From the NCBI RefSeq assembly GCF_009914755.1, contig NC_060931.1: a stretch of DNA of 64,000 nt. One strand, given 5' to 3'. Under the pieces are notes generated by a model that had not been told where the DNA came from, ran no database searches, and saw nothing but the letters and a program-made list of their open reading frames with translations. The DNA is from the human T2T-CHM13v2.0 reference genome, Homo sapiens. The stretch's first letter is position 1. Every line of letters begins with the position of its first letter. The translations under genes were made by a program, and so were the position numbers. Below, one piece after another: positions 1-14,397 of this stretch.

Positions 1-623
1 CTGGGCATAAAATATATAGCACAGGCCTGGCACATAGTAACTTCTCAATAAATAGTTGCAAAAATGATGATGTTGTTTTTCCCCCTGACTTCCTCTACCT
101 AAAGGTGTAGATCTCTGCTTTACTAAAAATAAAAAGAAAATCTGAATTTGGATGTTGAATTCTAACACTGATTTGAATACTAAGGTAGAAGCCTTTTGGT
201 TATTCCAAATAAATGATCACACAGTCTACAAACAGCTTCCACATGCTCACTATCATTCATTACTAGTAAGTCTGTGCCCCAGCCTTCCTGTGATAGAAAA
301 AAAAAAAGGAATATCTTTCTTACGGCATTTTGGTATCATTAAAAACTAATGCACATATAAACCTATTGTGTACATTTGATACTTTGTTTAAAAGAAACCT
401 GTCACCCTTTAGTGTGTGTGTGTGTGCTTAAAAGAGAAAGGGAGAGGAAAAAAGAGTCAGAGAGAGAAAGGGAAAGAAAAGGTGTATAGATCCCTAGGCA
501 CATTCAAATTTACTAGGTGATGCCATACTTTTTTTCTAATAAATTATAGCATGTTACCATTAGCAGTGGATGGAGTTTTCCTGGCTCTGTATCCTTACAA
601 AGGTTTGGAATTATTAAACTTTT

Positions 624-1490
624 TAAAATTTTGTTTTTATTGACACATAGTAGTTATACATATTGATGGGCTACAGGTGATGTTTGATACATGTATACAT
701 TGCATAAAAATAAAATCAGGGTACTTAGCATATCTATTACCTCATGCATTTATCAGTTTTTTGTGATGAGAACATTCAAAAATCTTCTCTTCTAGCTGCT
801 TTGAAATATACAGTACAATATTTTTAACCATAGTCACCAGAACGTATTTCTCCTATCTGACTAGCTTTTTACCTGTTGCTCAACGTCTCTCTATACTCTC
901 TTTCCTCTCCTCTCCCTAGCCTCTGGTAACCACTATTCTACTTTCTACTTCTAAGGGATCTATTTATTTAGATTACACATATGAGTAAGATCATATGGTC
1001 TTTGTCTTTCTGTGCCTGTTCTATTTCACTTAACATAATGCTCCCCAGCTTCATTGATGTTGAGGCAAACAACAGGATTTCATTTTTTCTTATGGCTGCA
1101 TATTATTTTAGTGAGTATATATATCACATTTTATTTATCCATCCAGCTGTTGATGGGCGCATAGGTTGATTCCATATCTTAACTATTGTGAATAGTGTTG
1201 TGATAAACGTGGGAGTAGAGCTATTTCCTCAACATACTGATTCTGATGAGGGGTTAATATGCAGAGTACATAAGGAATCCAAACAACTCAATAGCAAAAA
1301 AGCAAATAATCTGATTGAAAAACAGGTAGAAGACTTGAATAGACATTTCTCAAAAGAAGACATACAAATGGCCAACAGGCACGTGAAAATATGCTCAGCA
1401 TCACTAATCATCAAGAAAATAGAAATCAAATCGAAATAGAATTACCATATGATCCAACAACCCACTCCTGGGTGCAAATTCAAACGAGAT
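624..1490 (-). mobile_element. L1MA-type 3' fragment with 5' inversion (twin-primed)
   Basis: Antisense L1MA 3'UTR runs 624-~1242, followed by a sense ORF2 segment ([18 protein letters not shown] 1188..1439) at ~1243-1474. Degenerate TSD gaattattaaacttt (608-622) / gaattgttcaacttt (1492-1506). Confidence 0.8.
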
Positions 1491-2357
1491 TGAATTGTTC
1501 AACTTTAAAATTTTTTCAATCTTGTGGGTTTGAAATGGATTCTCATTGTAGTTTTAATTTGCATTTCTTAATTCCCTAATGGGACACATAAGTCTTATAT
1601 ATTATATGCAAATATAATCCAGATTTTTTATATATTATGTAACACAAATGTTTCATAAAAGACACTTACATTTCTTCTGTTGAGACATGCCTGTCAAAGT
1701 CTTTTGCTCATTGTTTTTTCAGTTGATTACTTGTCTTTTACTTATTGTTCTATATGAATTTTTAACAAAGATATATTCTGGATAATTCTTTCCAGATTTA
1801 GGTGTTGAAAATATCTATCATAGCTTGTGGCTTGTCTTTTTATTCCCTTTCTTTGGTGTCCTTTGATGAACTAAGTTCTTAATTATGAGTCAGTCAAATT
1901 TGTCAATCTTCTTCCTATAGATTTTTACTTTTTTCATCTTACTTAAGAAATATTTCCCTACCTGAAGGTTATAAAATTATTTTTAAATGGTCTTCTAAAA
2001 GTTTTTACCATATTCTTATGTGCATTTAGGTTTTTAATCCACCCCGATTTTTATGTATAGTACGAGGTGAGGATACAATTTCACTTTTTCATCTGTTGTT
2101 CCAGCACTATCATATTAAATAATCAATTTTTTCCACAGATGTACAAAGCCTGCTCTGTCACAAATAGAGGATTTATATATTTGTGGTTTGTTTCTGGCCT
2201 ATTTTTTTCCAACCATGGTACAATATCATGTTAACAACTACTATAGCTTTATACTAAATCTTTATACTGACAGGATAAGTCTTCCCACCTTGCTCTATTT
2301 TTCTTCTCTAGGAATGTTTAGCTATTCTTTGTCCTTTGTCCTTTCAAATGCATATTA

Positions 2358-2756
<399 letters not shown>

Positions 2757-3483
2757 AAAAAAATTGACATATTGATTATGTTGAGTCTTCCTATTCAAGT
2801 GAATTATATTCATTTTTCCATCTATTTATATATATTTTATATTTTTCAATAAAATTTTATAATTTTGTACCAAAACATAAAGTATCTAGAAAAATATGGT
2901 ACAAAATTGTGCAAAATTATATCATTTTTTCTTGGTATTTTATGTTTTGTTGCTATTGTGAATGATGTAATTTTTAAAATTGTATTTGTCTTACTGATTA
3001 CTGCTGATGTATAGGAAATGCATTTGACTTTTATGCATTCATTTTTATTTAGTAAACCTTACTAATCTCTACTAGTTGTAATGGTATAGCTTTAATTTTC
3101 TTTGGAATTTCTTCATTGTTACACACCTTTCATTTCTTATACCTTTTTCTTCTTTTTTACTTTTCTCTATCTGTACTAGCAAAGACCTACAGTGTAATGT
3201 TCAACAAGTGGGGTGATAGTGAGTATTTTGTATTTTTCCTGATCTTAAAATAAACTATTTTGACTGTTCACCATTCAGTAGGATTCTTGTGATATGCTTT
3301 TTGTAGATGCTCTTTCTTAGGCTAATATAATTCTCTTCTATTTCCAATTTGCAAAAATATAATACAAATTTGCTGAATTTTATTAAATTTGGTCTGCAAG
3401 TACTTAGATGATGTATGGTTTGTCGTCTCTAAACTACAAAGGTGGTCAATTACACTGATTGATATTTTTGATTTTTTATTTAA

Positions 3484-3774
3484 TTTTTTTTTAAATGGAG
3501 TCTTTCTTTGTTGCCCCAGTTGGAGTACAAGTGGTGTGATCTCGGCTCATTGCAACTTCCGCCACTCAGGTTCAAGTGATTCTCCTGCCTCATCCTCTGG
3601 GGCAGCTGGGACTACAGGCACATACCACCATACCCAGCTAATTTTTGTATTTTTAGTAGAGACAGGGTTTCACCATGTTGGCCAGGCTGGTCTTGAACTC
3701 CTGACCTCCAATGATCTGCCTACCTTGGCCTCCCAAACTGTTTAGATTACAGGCGTGAGCCACTGCACCTGGCC
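3484..3774 (-). mobile_element. AluS
   Basis: Antisense dimer from the poly-T to 'cactgcacctggcc'. Confidence 0.93.
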
Positions 3775-3809
3775 TAAATATATTTTAAATTATATATATT
3801 AATCTTTAT

Positions 3810-4300
3810 ACATTTTGGTGAGATTTACATAATTGACACATAGTAAGAGTCATACTTTTTAGGTATACAGTCCTATGACTTTTGACACATGCATAGAATT
3901 GGGTAACCACCATCACAATCAAGACACATTTTGTGTCTTGATTGTGATTACCCACTCCATTTCCCATTACCTTATGGTCACCCTTTATGGTCATATCCAA
4001 TCTCACCCTAATCCCCTGGAAACTACTGAAATCATATACTGTCTAGCCTTTTGAGACTGATTTTTTTTTTTTTTTGCTTAGCATAATATGTTTGAGATTC
4101 ATCCATAATCTTGCATATTTAGCAGTATTCCATTGTATGCACATAACAGTTGGTGGACATCGATGTTGTCTCCAGTTTTTGATTATTACAAATGAAGATA
4201 CTATAAACACTCAGGTACAAGATTTTAAGTGAACACTGATTTTCATTTTACTTGAGTAAATATCTAGGAATGGGAGTGCTAGGTTGTATAGAAAGGGCAA
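3810..4300 (-). mobile_element. L1MC/MD-type 3' end fragment
   Basis: Antisense 3'UTR motifs 'ggtatacagtcctatgacttttgac' and 'cttagcataatatgtttgagattcatcc'. Confidence 0.7.
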
Positions 4301-6600
4301 CGTTGGCTCCATGAAATGAATTGGGAAATGTTTCTTCTTTTTTCTGGAACAAATTATGTGTAGTTGGTCATTTTTCTTCTTAAATGTTTAGTAGAATTCA
4401 TCACGAAAACAATCTGGACCTGGGTTTTTCTTTCTTGGAAGGTTGTCAGCTATGAATTAAATTTCTCTAATTAATATGACTATTCAGGCTATCTAGTTCT
4501 TCTTGAGTGAGTTTTGGTAATTTGTGTCTTTCAAGGAAATGGTACATTTCATCTGTGTTGTGAAGTTTATGGTTATAGGGTTGCTTTTGCATTCCCTTAT
4601 TATCCTTTTAATGTCTTTATGGTTTATAGTGATATCAGCTTATTTATTCCTGTTATTGGTATATTCTCTCTCTCTTTTATTTTTGGTTAGTCTGTCTAAA
4701 AGCTTATTAATTTTATCTTATCAAAGAAAACTTGTTTTGATTGATTTTCTTTATTCCTCTTTTTTCATTTTTACTGATTTCTGCTTTTATCTTTATTTCC
4801 TTTCTTCTGTTTACTTTGTGTTTAATTGGCTCTTCTATTAGTTTCATAAGATAGAAGCTTATTGATTTGACTCTTTCCTGTTTTCTAATACAAGATTTTA
4901 TTGCCATAAAATTCCCTCTAAATATTACTTTAGAAATTTTCTCTAAGCATTACTTTAGCTGTAACCCACAGCTTTTGATGTGTTGTATTATTTTTCATTC
5001 AGTTCAAAATATTTTCAAATGTATTTTGAAACTCCTTCTTTAACCCATGGGTAATATAGAATTGTTCCAATTTCAAAATATTTTGGAATTTTCTAGGTAT
5101 TTCTATCATTTTGCTTTTGACTTACCCATATCATAATAGTTAAAGTAGATTTTCTGATAGACAGCATATACTTCATCTTCTTTTAAAAATTCGATGTGTT
5201 AATTTTTATCTTTTAATTACTGTGTACATGCCATTTACATTTAAGTAATTATTGACAAAATGGTAGAACTTAGGTCTACCATTTCTTGTTTGTTTTCCCT
5301 GTTTTTCTCTTCTGCTATTCATTTTCTGCATTATTTTGCATAATATTAATTTTTATTTATTTATTTATTTGTACTATTCCAGTGAAACTCATCTATTGCT
5401 TTTTGGCTATCTTTCTTTGTATTTATTTAATATTTGCTCTAGCAATTTAAATATACATGTTTATATGTTTATGTATATATATCTTTTCACTGTCTATACA
5501 TAGTTAATATCTTGTCTTTTTAGTATAGCATAAGAAACTTACCACCATGTAGGGCTTTTTCCTTTATCCTGTTTATGTTTTAGTTGTCATATACATTATA
5601 TCTACGTATATTGAAACCTCTCCAGGTGATGTTTAAATTTTTGCTTTACACAGTATTAGATATTTTAAAGAAATTAAAAGTAGAAGAAACACAGTGTGTT
5701 ATATTTACCCAGATATTTACTAATTCTTTTAGTCTTTATTCATTTCTAAAGGCTCCTTTTTCCTTAATCATTTTACCTTCAGCCTGAATAACTTCCTTTA
5801 GTAATTCTTTCAGAACAGGTTGGCTTGCCATGGATTCTTTTAGTTTTCCTTCATCTGAGAATGTCTTTATTTAGCTTTCATTCCTGAAGGATATTTTTAC
5901 TGGTTGTCAAATTCTCGACCGATAGTTCTTTTTTATGTTGCACTTTAAAGATGTTGTTCCGCTGTCTTCTAGCCTGTTGTCTAATGAGAAATCCATAGTC
6001 ATCCGAATTGTTCTAAATGTAATGTGGAATTTTCTCTGACGGCTTTAAATATCTTTTCTTTGTCTTAGTTTTCAGCAGTTTCATGATGTATACTATTTGG
6101 GTATACCTTTATTTGAGTTTATCTTGCTTCCAATTTGTTGAACTTGTTAAGTCTGTAAATTTATGGCTTCGGCCAAAATTTGAGAAGTTTTGAGTGATTT
6201 TTCTTCAAATGTTCTGTACCAATCCCTCCTTTGTACCACTTCCTCTTTTTCAGGGACTCTAATCATATGATTGAAATAAAAATAGTTTGAGCCATAGGGG
6301 CTGGTGGGACAATATTGTTCCAATATCAAGGGATACAATAATTTCTTCTTTATTCTTCAGATTATTTGATTCTTATTAATATATCTTCAAATTCCCTTAC
6401 TCTTTCCTTCCTCTTCTCAATTCTACTATTGAGTCCAAGTGAATTTTTAAATTTCAGATACTGTAATTTTCAGGTTTCAAATTTTTATTTTGTTCTTTTT
6501 TATATTTCCTAATTATCTGCTCAGAATTTCTATCTTCTATGCAAGATACATTTAAAATATACTTCTTTTTAGATGATTTATCCAAAATTTTAATTATTTC
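4300..6600 (-). mobile_element. Old L1M ORF2-5'/ORF1 region, degraded
   Basis: Antisense motifs 'aatgaattgggaaatgtttc', 'aatctggacctggg' and 'ttcattcctgaaggatatttt'. T-rich strand bias. Confidence 0.7.
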
Positions 6601-6759
6601 AATTGGGATGGCTGTGCAGTGTATCTCATCTGTTAAATTGCCAGAAACAAAAACCATGTTTTTTTTTTATTTCATGTTATCTTGCCTGCTATTTTTATGA
6701 GTCTTCTGATTAGTGTGCCAAGTAGTAAAATATCAACAGCACTTTCTTTATATAACAAA

Positions 6760-6960
6760 AATATATCACATTTGTATAGCAACCTGCAGTTTATAAGTAG
6801 TTTTAATGTTTATCCAAATAACTTTATGAGGGATGGAGGGCAAAAATTATCTCTATATTATAGAAGAGCAAATGGACTCACAGAGATTTACTTAACTTGC
6901 GCAAAGTAAGTATGAGGTAGAATCAGAATTATTGTTTAGTTCTCTTTTCTCTCTACCATG
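6760..6960 (-). mobile_element. MIR
   Basis: Antisense MIR core 'ggactcacagagatttacttaacttgcgcaaagt'. Confidence 0.6.
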
Positions 6961-8164
6961 TTGCGTCTGGGATGTTAAACAGAAAATTTTATCCTGTGGC
7001 AACATCTGACAAATTCAAGCTGAGAGGACTGAACATTGGGGAAACAACTGGAGTTTCTTCACATTGATTTATAGATATGCGTTGAGTTTTTCTACTACCA
7101 ACTGAATGTTCATTAAGGAGCCTTAGAGATGCTTGACAACAAAAGCATTATCCTTTCTATTTACTGTGTTATTCTCAAAGACAGAAGGGTCTTCCTTTAG
7201 CAGTCCTGATAATTGTATTCAAGGTCTTGAAGACTTGGGAAAAGTAGATTAGAAATGCAGAGACTGCCTTTGATCCTGAAGTACCAATCAAGGAAAGGTG
7301 CTAGCTTTACTTCAAGCATAAGAAAGCCTGATTTTTGTTGAAAGTAATGTTCAGAATATGATTTTTTATAAGATGATGTTTTTCTTTAGAATCTCTGATG
7401 ATAATTGTGCTACAATAAACTGTTTTTAAGTTGGGACAATATATATCTCTTTTGTAAAAATTTAATATAATATGTAAGCAACAGAAAATAGTTTTATTAA
7501 ACAGTGGCAAATAGAGGCTGAAGCCTCCAATAATCTCTTGTCAATGGTGATAGTGTGATTTTCCTTATTGTATTCCAAATGCCTTAAAACTTTGAATAGA
7601 CTAGTTTGACAGGGGTGCTATAGATCCATCTTTTGTTTTATTTGCTTCTAATTTACCACACGTTGTAACATTTTGGAATATAGCTAGATAATTATATCAA
7701 TGTATTGTACCCAAGTACAATAAAAAACATTTAAAAAAGGACATTTGCTAAAAATATTATCTTCAACCTTGATTAGTCCTTTCATATTTTCCATAAGTTG
7801 TTTCTTGGTGATGTCTAGAAATTTTATGTGGATCTTGACTTGTAAGATTGGATTCTGTCTAGCTTAGTGTCTAAATATAAGTACACTCTCCTATAGTTAT
7901 AAACAATTATCCAAATTCCCCCCTGTAACTTACTGCAATGATTACACCTACAATTACACATACATTCACTCTCTCCATAGTGGAACACAACCCACATTTC
8001 TTCCCAGTTATTGTAGCCATCTCTGAGTCCGTGATATCTGTTTAATGTCCATTCTTCTCAGTCAAATCTTATGGTTTCTTGTGATCCCTGTTATTTATGT
8101 TCCAAATAAGAAATTTAACCACCCTTAACACATCTAGTATGCCAATCAGTGAAAGAAACCTTTG

Positions 8165-8720
8165 TGTATTAGTCAGTGTTTTCTAGAGAAACAGAACCAA
8201 CATGATATATATGAGGAGATTTATGTTGGGAACTTGCTCATATGATTATGGAGGCCAAGTAGTCCCACTATATACTATTGGCAAGCTGCACAACCAGGAA
8301 TATTGGTGGTTTAATTGCAGTCTGAGTCTGAGGGCCTGAGAACCAGTGGAACTAATGATATAACTCTCAGTTTGAGGCTGAATGTCTGAGAACATGGATG
8401 GGGGTAAACACTGGTGTAATCTGAAGGCTCAAGAACCAGAAGTTCAGATGTCCAAAGGCAGGAGAAGATGGATGTCTCAACTTAAGAAGAAAGAGAAAAG
8501 AATTCACCTTTTCTCTGCCTTTTTGTCCTATCAAGCCTCTCAACAGATCGGATGATGCCTACCCACACTGGTGGGAGCAGATCTTCCTTACCTAGTCTGC
8601 TGATTCAGATGCTATTCTCTTCCTGAAACACCTTCACAAACACATCCAGAAATAATGTTTTACCAGTTATCTTGGCATTACTTAACCCAATCAAGTTGAC
8701 ACATAAAATTAACCATCACA
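8165..8720 (-). mobile_element. MLT2 (ERVL) solo LTR
   Basis: Reverse-complement termini read TGTGATGGTTAATTTTATGTGTCAACTTG...CTGACTAATACA, typical of MLT2. Confidence 0.88.
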
Positions 8721-10584
8721 CAGTGGTTAACAAAAGCTTTAAATAAAAAAATATATATATATTGCATGGGGGGGATCATGGCAAATGGGAGGCAGGACTA
8801 GATTGCAGGTCCCACTTGGACCGACAAAGCAGTGTGTGGAGGCTTGCATAGTGAAATTTTGCTCCAGAACGACTGCAGGAATAAGTTAGGAAAGCTGAGA
8901 GAAAATACAGACCCTCTGAAGGAAGTGGATTGCTCCTGCAAGACCCAAGAGACACCCCAAATACTCAGCCACAGCAAGACCCACACAAAGAGAGTCTGAA
9001 CTCAGACACGCCTACCCCTGCCCCACCTGATGGTCCTTTCCTACCCACCCTGGTAGCTGAAGACAAGGGGCATATACTCTTGGGAGATCTAAGGCCCCAC
9101 CTACTGCCTGTTCTTCCCCATACTACCGCAGCTGATGCTCTCTTCAAAGTGCCACCTCCCAGCAGGAGGCCAAGCAGCACAAAAATAGTCCATTAAATGA
9201 CCAAAGCTAAGGACCCTCACAGAGCCCATTTCATACCCCTGCCACCTCCACTGGAGCAGGTGCTTGGATCCATGGCTGAGAAACCCACAGATGGTTGACA
9301 TCACAGGACTCTGTGCAGACAAACCCTAGTACTAGCCTGGAGCATGGTAGACTTGCTGGGTGGCTAGATCCAGAAGAAAGATAACAATCAGCTCTCAGGA
9401 AGACACATCCCTAGGAAAAGGGGGAGGGTACTACATCAAGGGAACATCCTGTGGGACAAAAGAATCTGAACAGCAACCTTGAGCCCTGGACCTTCACTCT
9501 GACACAGACTATCCAAGTGAGAAGGAACCAGAAAACCAACTCTGGTAATATGACAAAACAAGGTTCTTTAACACTCCCCAAAAATCACACTAGCTCAGCA
9601 GCAATGGATCCAAACCGAGAAAAAATCCCTGATTTACCTGATAAAGAATTCCGAAGCTCAGTTATTAAGCTAATCAGGGAGGCACCTGATAAAGTTGAAG
9701 CCCAATTTAAGGAAACAAAAAAAGATACAAAAAGTGAAGGGAGAAATTTCAATGAAGCAGATAGCATAAATAAGAAACAATCAAAACTTTAGGAAATAAT
9801 GGATGCACTTACAGAAATGCCAAAATGCTCTGGAAAGTCTCAGCAATAGATGCGAACAAGGAGAAGAAAGAACTTCAGAGCTCGAAGACAAGGTCTTCAA
9901 ATTAACCTAATCCAACAAAGACAAAGAAAAGAGATTAAGAAAATATGAACAAAGCCTCCGAGAAGTCTGGAAGTCTGGGATTATGCTAAATGTCTAAACC
10001 TAAGAATAATTGACATTCCTGAGGAAGAGGAGAAATCTAAAAGTTTGGAAAACATATTTGGGGGAATAATCGAGAAAAATTTCCATGGCCTTGCTAGTGA
10101 CCTAGACATCCAAATACAAGAAGCTGAAAGAACATCTGGGAAATTCATTGCAAAAATATCATTGCATAGGCCCATTGTCATCAAGTTATCTAAAGTTAAG
10201 ACCATCTTAAGAACTGTGAGGCAAAAGCACCAGGTAACCTATAAAGGAAAACCTATCAGATTAACAGCAGATTTCTCAGCAGAAACCCTACAAGCTAGAA
10301 AGGATTGGGGCCCTATCTTTAGCCTCCTTAAACAAAATAATTATCAGCCAAGAACTTTGTATCTAGCTAAACTAAGCTTCATAAATGAAGGAAAGATACA
10401 GTCTTTTTCAGACAAACAAATGCTGAGCGAATTTGCCACTACCAAGCCAGCACTACAAGAACTGCTAAAAAGAGCTCTAAATCTTGAAACAAATCCTGGA
10501 AACACATCAAAACAGAACCTCTTTAAAGCATAAATCTCACAGGACCTATAAAACAAAAATACAATTTAAAAAACTCCAAAAATC

Positions 10585-10698
10585 ATGTGCATGTGCCTTT
10601 ATAGCAGCATGATTTATAATCCTTTGGGTATATACCCAGTAATGGGATGGCTGGGTCAAATGGTATTTCTAGTTCTAGATCCTTGAGGAATTGCCACA
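10585..10698 (-). mobile_element. Short antisense L1PA ORF2 3' fragment inserted in the L1PB inter-ORF spacer
   Basis: Reverse complement closely matches 13405-13520 and 58874-58990. Flanked by caaaaatc (10577-10584 / 10701-10708). Confidence 0.85.
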
Positions 10699-12565
10699 AA
10701 CAAAAATCCAAGGCAACAAATAGCATGATGAATGGAATGGTACCTCACATCTCAATACTAATGTTGAACGTAAATGTCCTAAATGCTGCACTTAAAAGAA
10801 ACAGAATTGCAGAATGGATAAGAACTCAACAACCAACTATCTGCTGCCTTTAAGAGACTCACCTAACACATAAAGACTCACATAAACTTAAGGTAAAGGG
10901 GTAGAAAAAGATATTACATGCTAATGGACACTGAAAGTGAGCAGGAATAGCTATTATTATATAAGACAAAACAAACTTTAAAGCAACAGCAGTTAAAAAG
11001 ACAAAGAGGGACATATATAATGATAAAATCCTAAATATATCACTATCCTAAATAAATATGCACCTAACACTGGAGCTTCCAAATTTATAAAACAATTACT
11101 GCTAGACCTAAGAAATGAGATAGACAGCAACACAATAATAGTGATAATAGTGGGGAATTTCAGTACTCCTCTGACAACACTAGACAGGTCATCAAGACAA
11201 AAAGTCAACAAAGAAACAATGGTTTTAAACTATATCCTGGAACAAATTGACTTAACAGATATTTACAGAACATTCTACCCAACAACCACAGAATCTATAC
11301 TGTATTCAACAACACATGGAACTTCCTCCAAGATAGAGCATATGATAGGCCACAAGACGAGCCTCAATACATTTAAGAAAATCAAAATGACGTCAAGCAC
11401 CCCCTTACACCACAGTGGAATAAAACTGGAAATCAACTCCAAATTGATTTGAAACTCCAGATGTATTGAAACGTGGGAATTAAATAACCTGTTCCTGAAT
11501 GATCAACAATGAAATCAAGAGGGAAATAAAAAACTTCTTTGAACCAAATGACAACAGTGACCCACCTTTCAAAACCTGTGGGATACAGCAAAGGCAATGC
11601 TAAGAGGAAAGTTCATAGCCCTAAACCCCTACATCAAAAAGTCTGAAAGAACACAAACAATCTAAGGTCACACCTCAAGGAGCTAGAGAAACAAGAACAT
11701 GCCAAACCCAAACCCAGCAGAAGAAAGGAAATTACCAAGATCAGAGCAGAACTAATGAAATTGTAACAATAAAAAATAAAATACAAAAGATAAATGAAAC
11801 AAAAAGCTGATTATTTGAAAAGATAAATAACACTGATAGATCATTAGCAAGATTAACCAAAAAAAGAGAGAAAATCCAAATAAGCTCAGTTACAAACAAA
11901 ACAGGAGATATTACAACTGACACCACAGAAATACAAAAGATCATTCAAGGCTACTATGAACACCTTTATGTGCATAACTAGAAAACCTACAGGAGATGGA
12001 TAAATTCCTGGAAAGATACAACCCTCCTAGCTTATATCAGGAAGAAACAGATACCTGGAAAGACCAATAATAAGCAGTAAGATTGAAGTGGTAATAAAAA
12101 AATTACCAAAAAAAAGAAGCCCAGGACCAGATAGATTCACAGTAGAATTGTACCAGACATTCAAATAAGCATTGATACCAATCCTATTGACACTAGTCCA
12201 CAAGAGAGATAAAGAGGGAATCCTCCCTAAATCATTCTATGAAACCAGTATCACCCTAATCCCAAAACCAGGAAAGGACATGACCAAAACAGAAACCCAC
12301 AGACCAATATCTCTAATGAACATGGATGCAAAACTCCTTAACAAAATACTACCTAACCGAATCCAACAACATATCAAAAAGACAATTTACCATGATCATG
12401 TGGGTTTCATACCAGGGATGTAGGGATGGTTTAACATATGCAAGTCAATAAATGTGATACATCACATAAACAGAATTGAAAACAAAAATCACATGATCAT
12501 CTTCATAGATGCAGAAAAAGCATTCAACAAAATCCAGCATTCCTTCATGATTAAAACTCTTGGCA

Positions 12566-13996
<1,431 letters not shown>

Positions 13997-14364
13997 TAAA
14001 ACTCTTGGCAAAATCAGCATACAAGGGACAGACCTCAATGTAATAAAAGCCATCTATGCCCACTCTCAGCACTTCTGTTCTACATCGTACTGGAAGCCCT
14101 AGCCAGAGTAATCAGACAAGAGAAAGAAATAAAGGGCATCCGAATTGGTAAAGAGGAAGTCAAACTGTTTCTGTTTGCTGATAATATGATTGTATACCTA
14201 GAAAACCCTAAAGACTCCTCCAAAAAGCTCCTAGAACTGATGAATGAATTCGGCAAAGTTTCCGGATACAAAATTAATGTACACAGATTAGTAGCTCTTC
14301 TATAGACTAACGGCAATCAAGGTGAGAATCAAATCAAGAACTCAACCCCTTTTACAATGCCTGC

Positions 14365-14397
<33 letters not shown>

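Noticed and set aside
3389-3745. Many 60-120 aa ORFs containing '[15 protein letters not shown]' or '[12 protein letters not shown]'
   Set aside because: These are standard Alu read-through frames.
8740-8770. TSD for the large L1PB element
   Set aside because: No convincing matching direct repeat at 16170-16190, so exact termini remain approximate.
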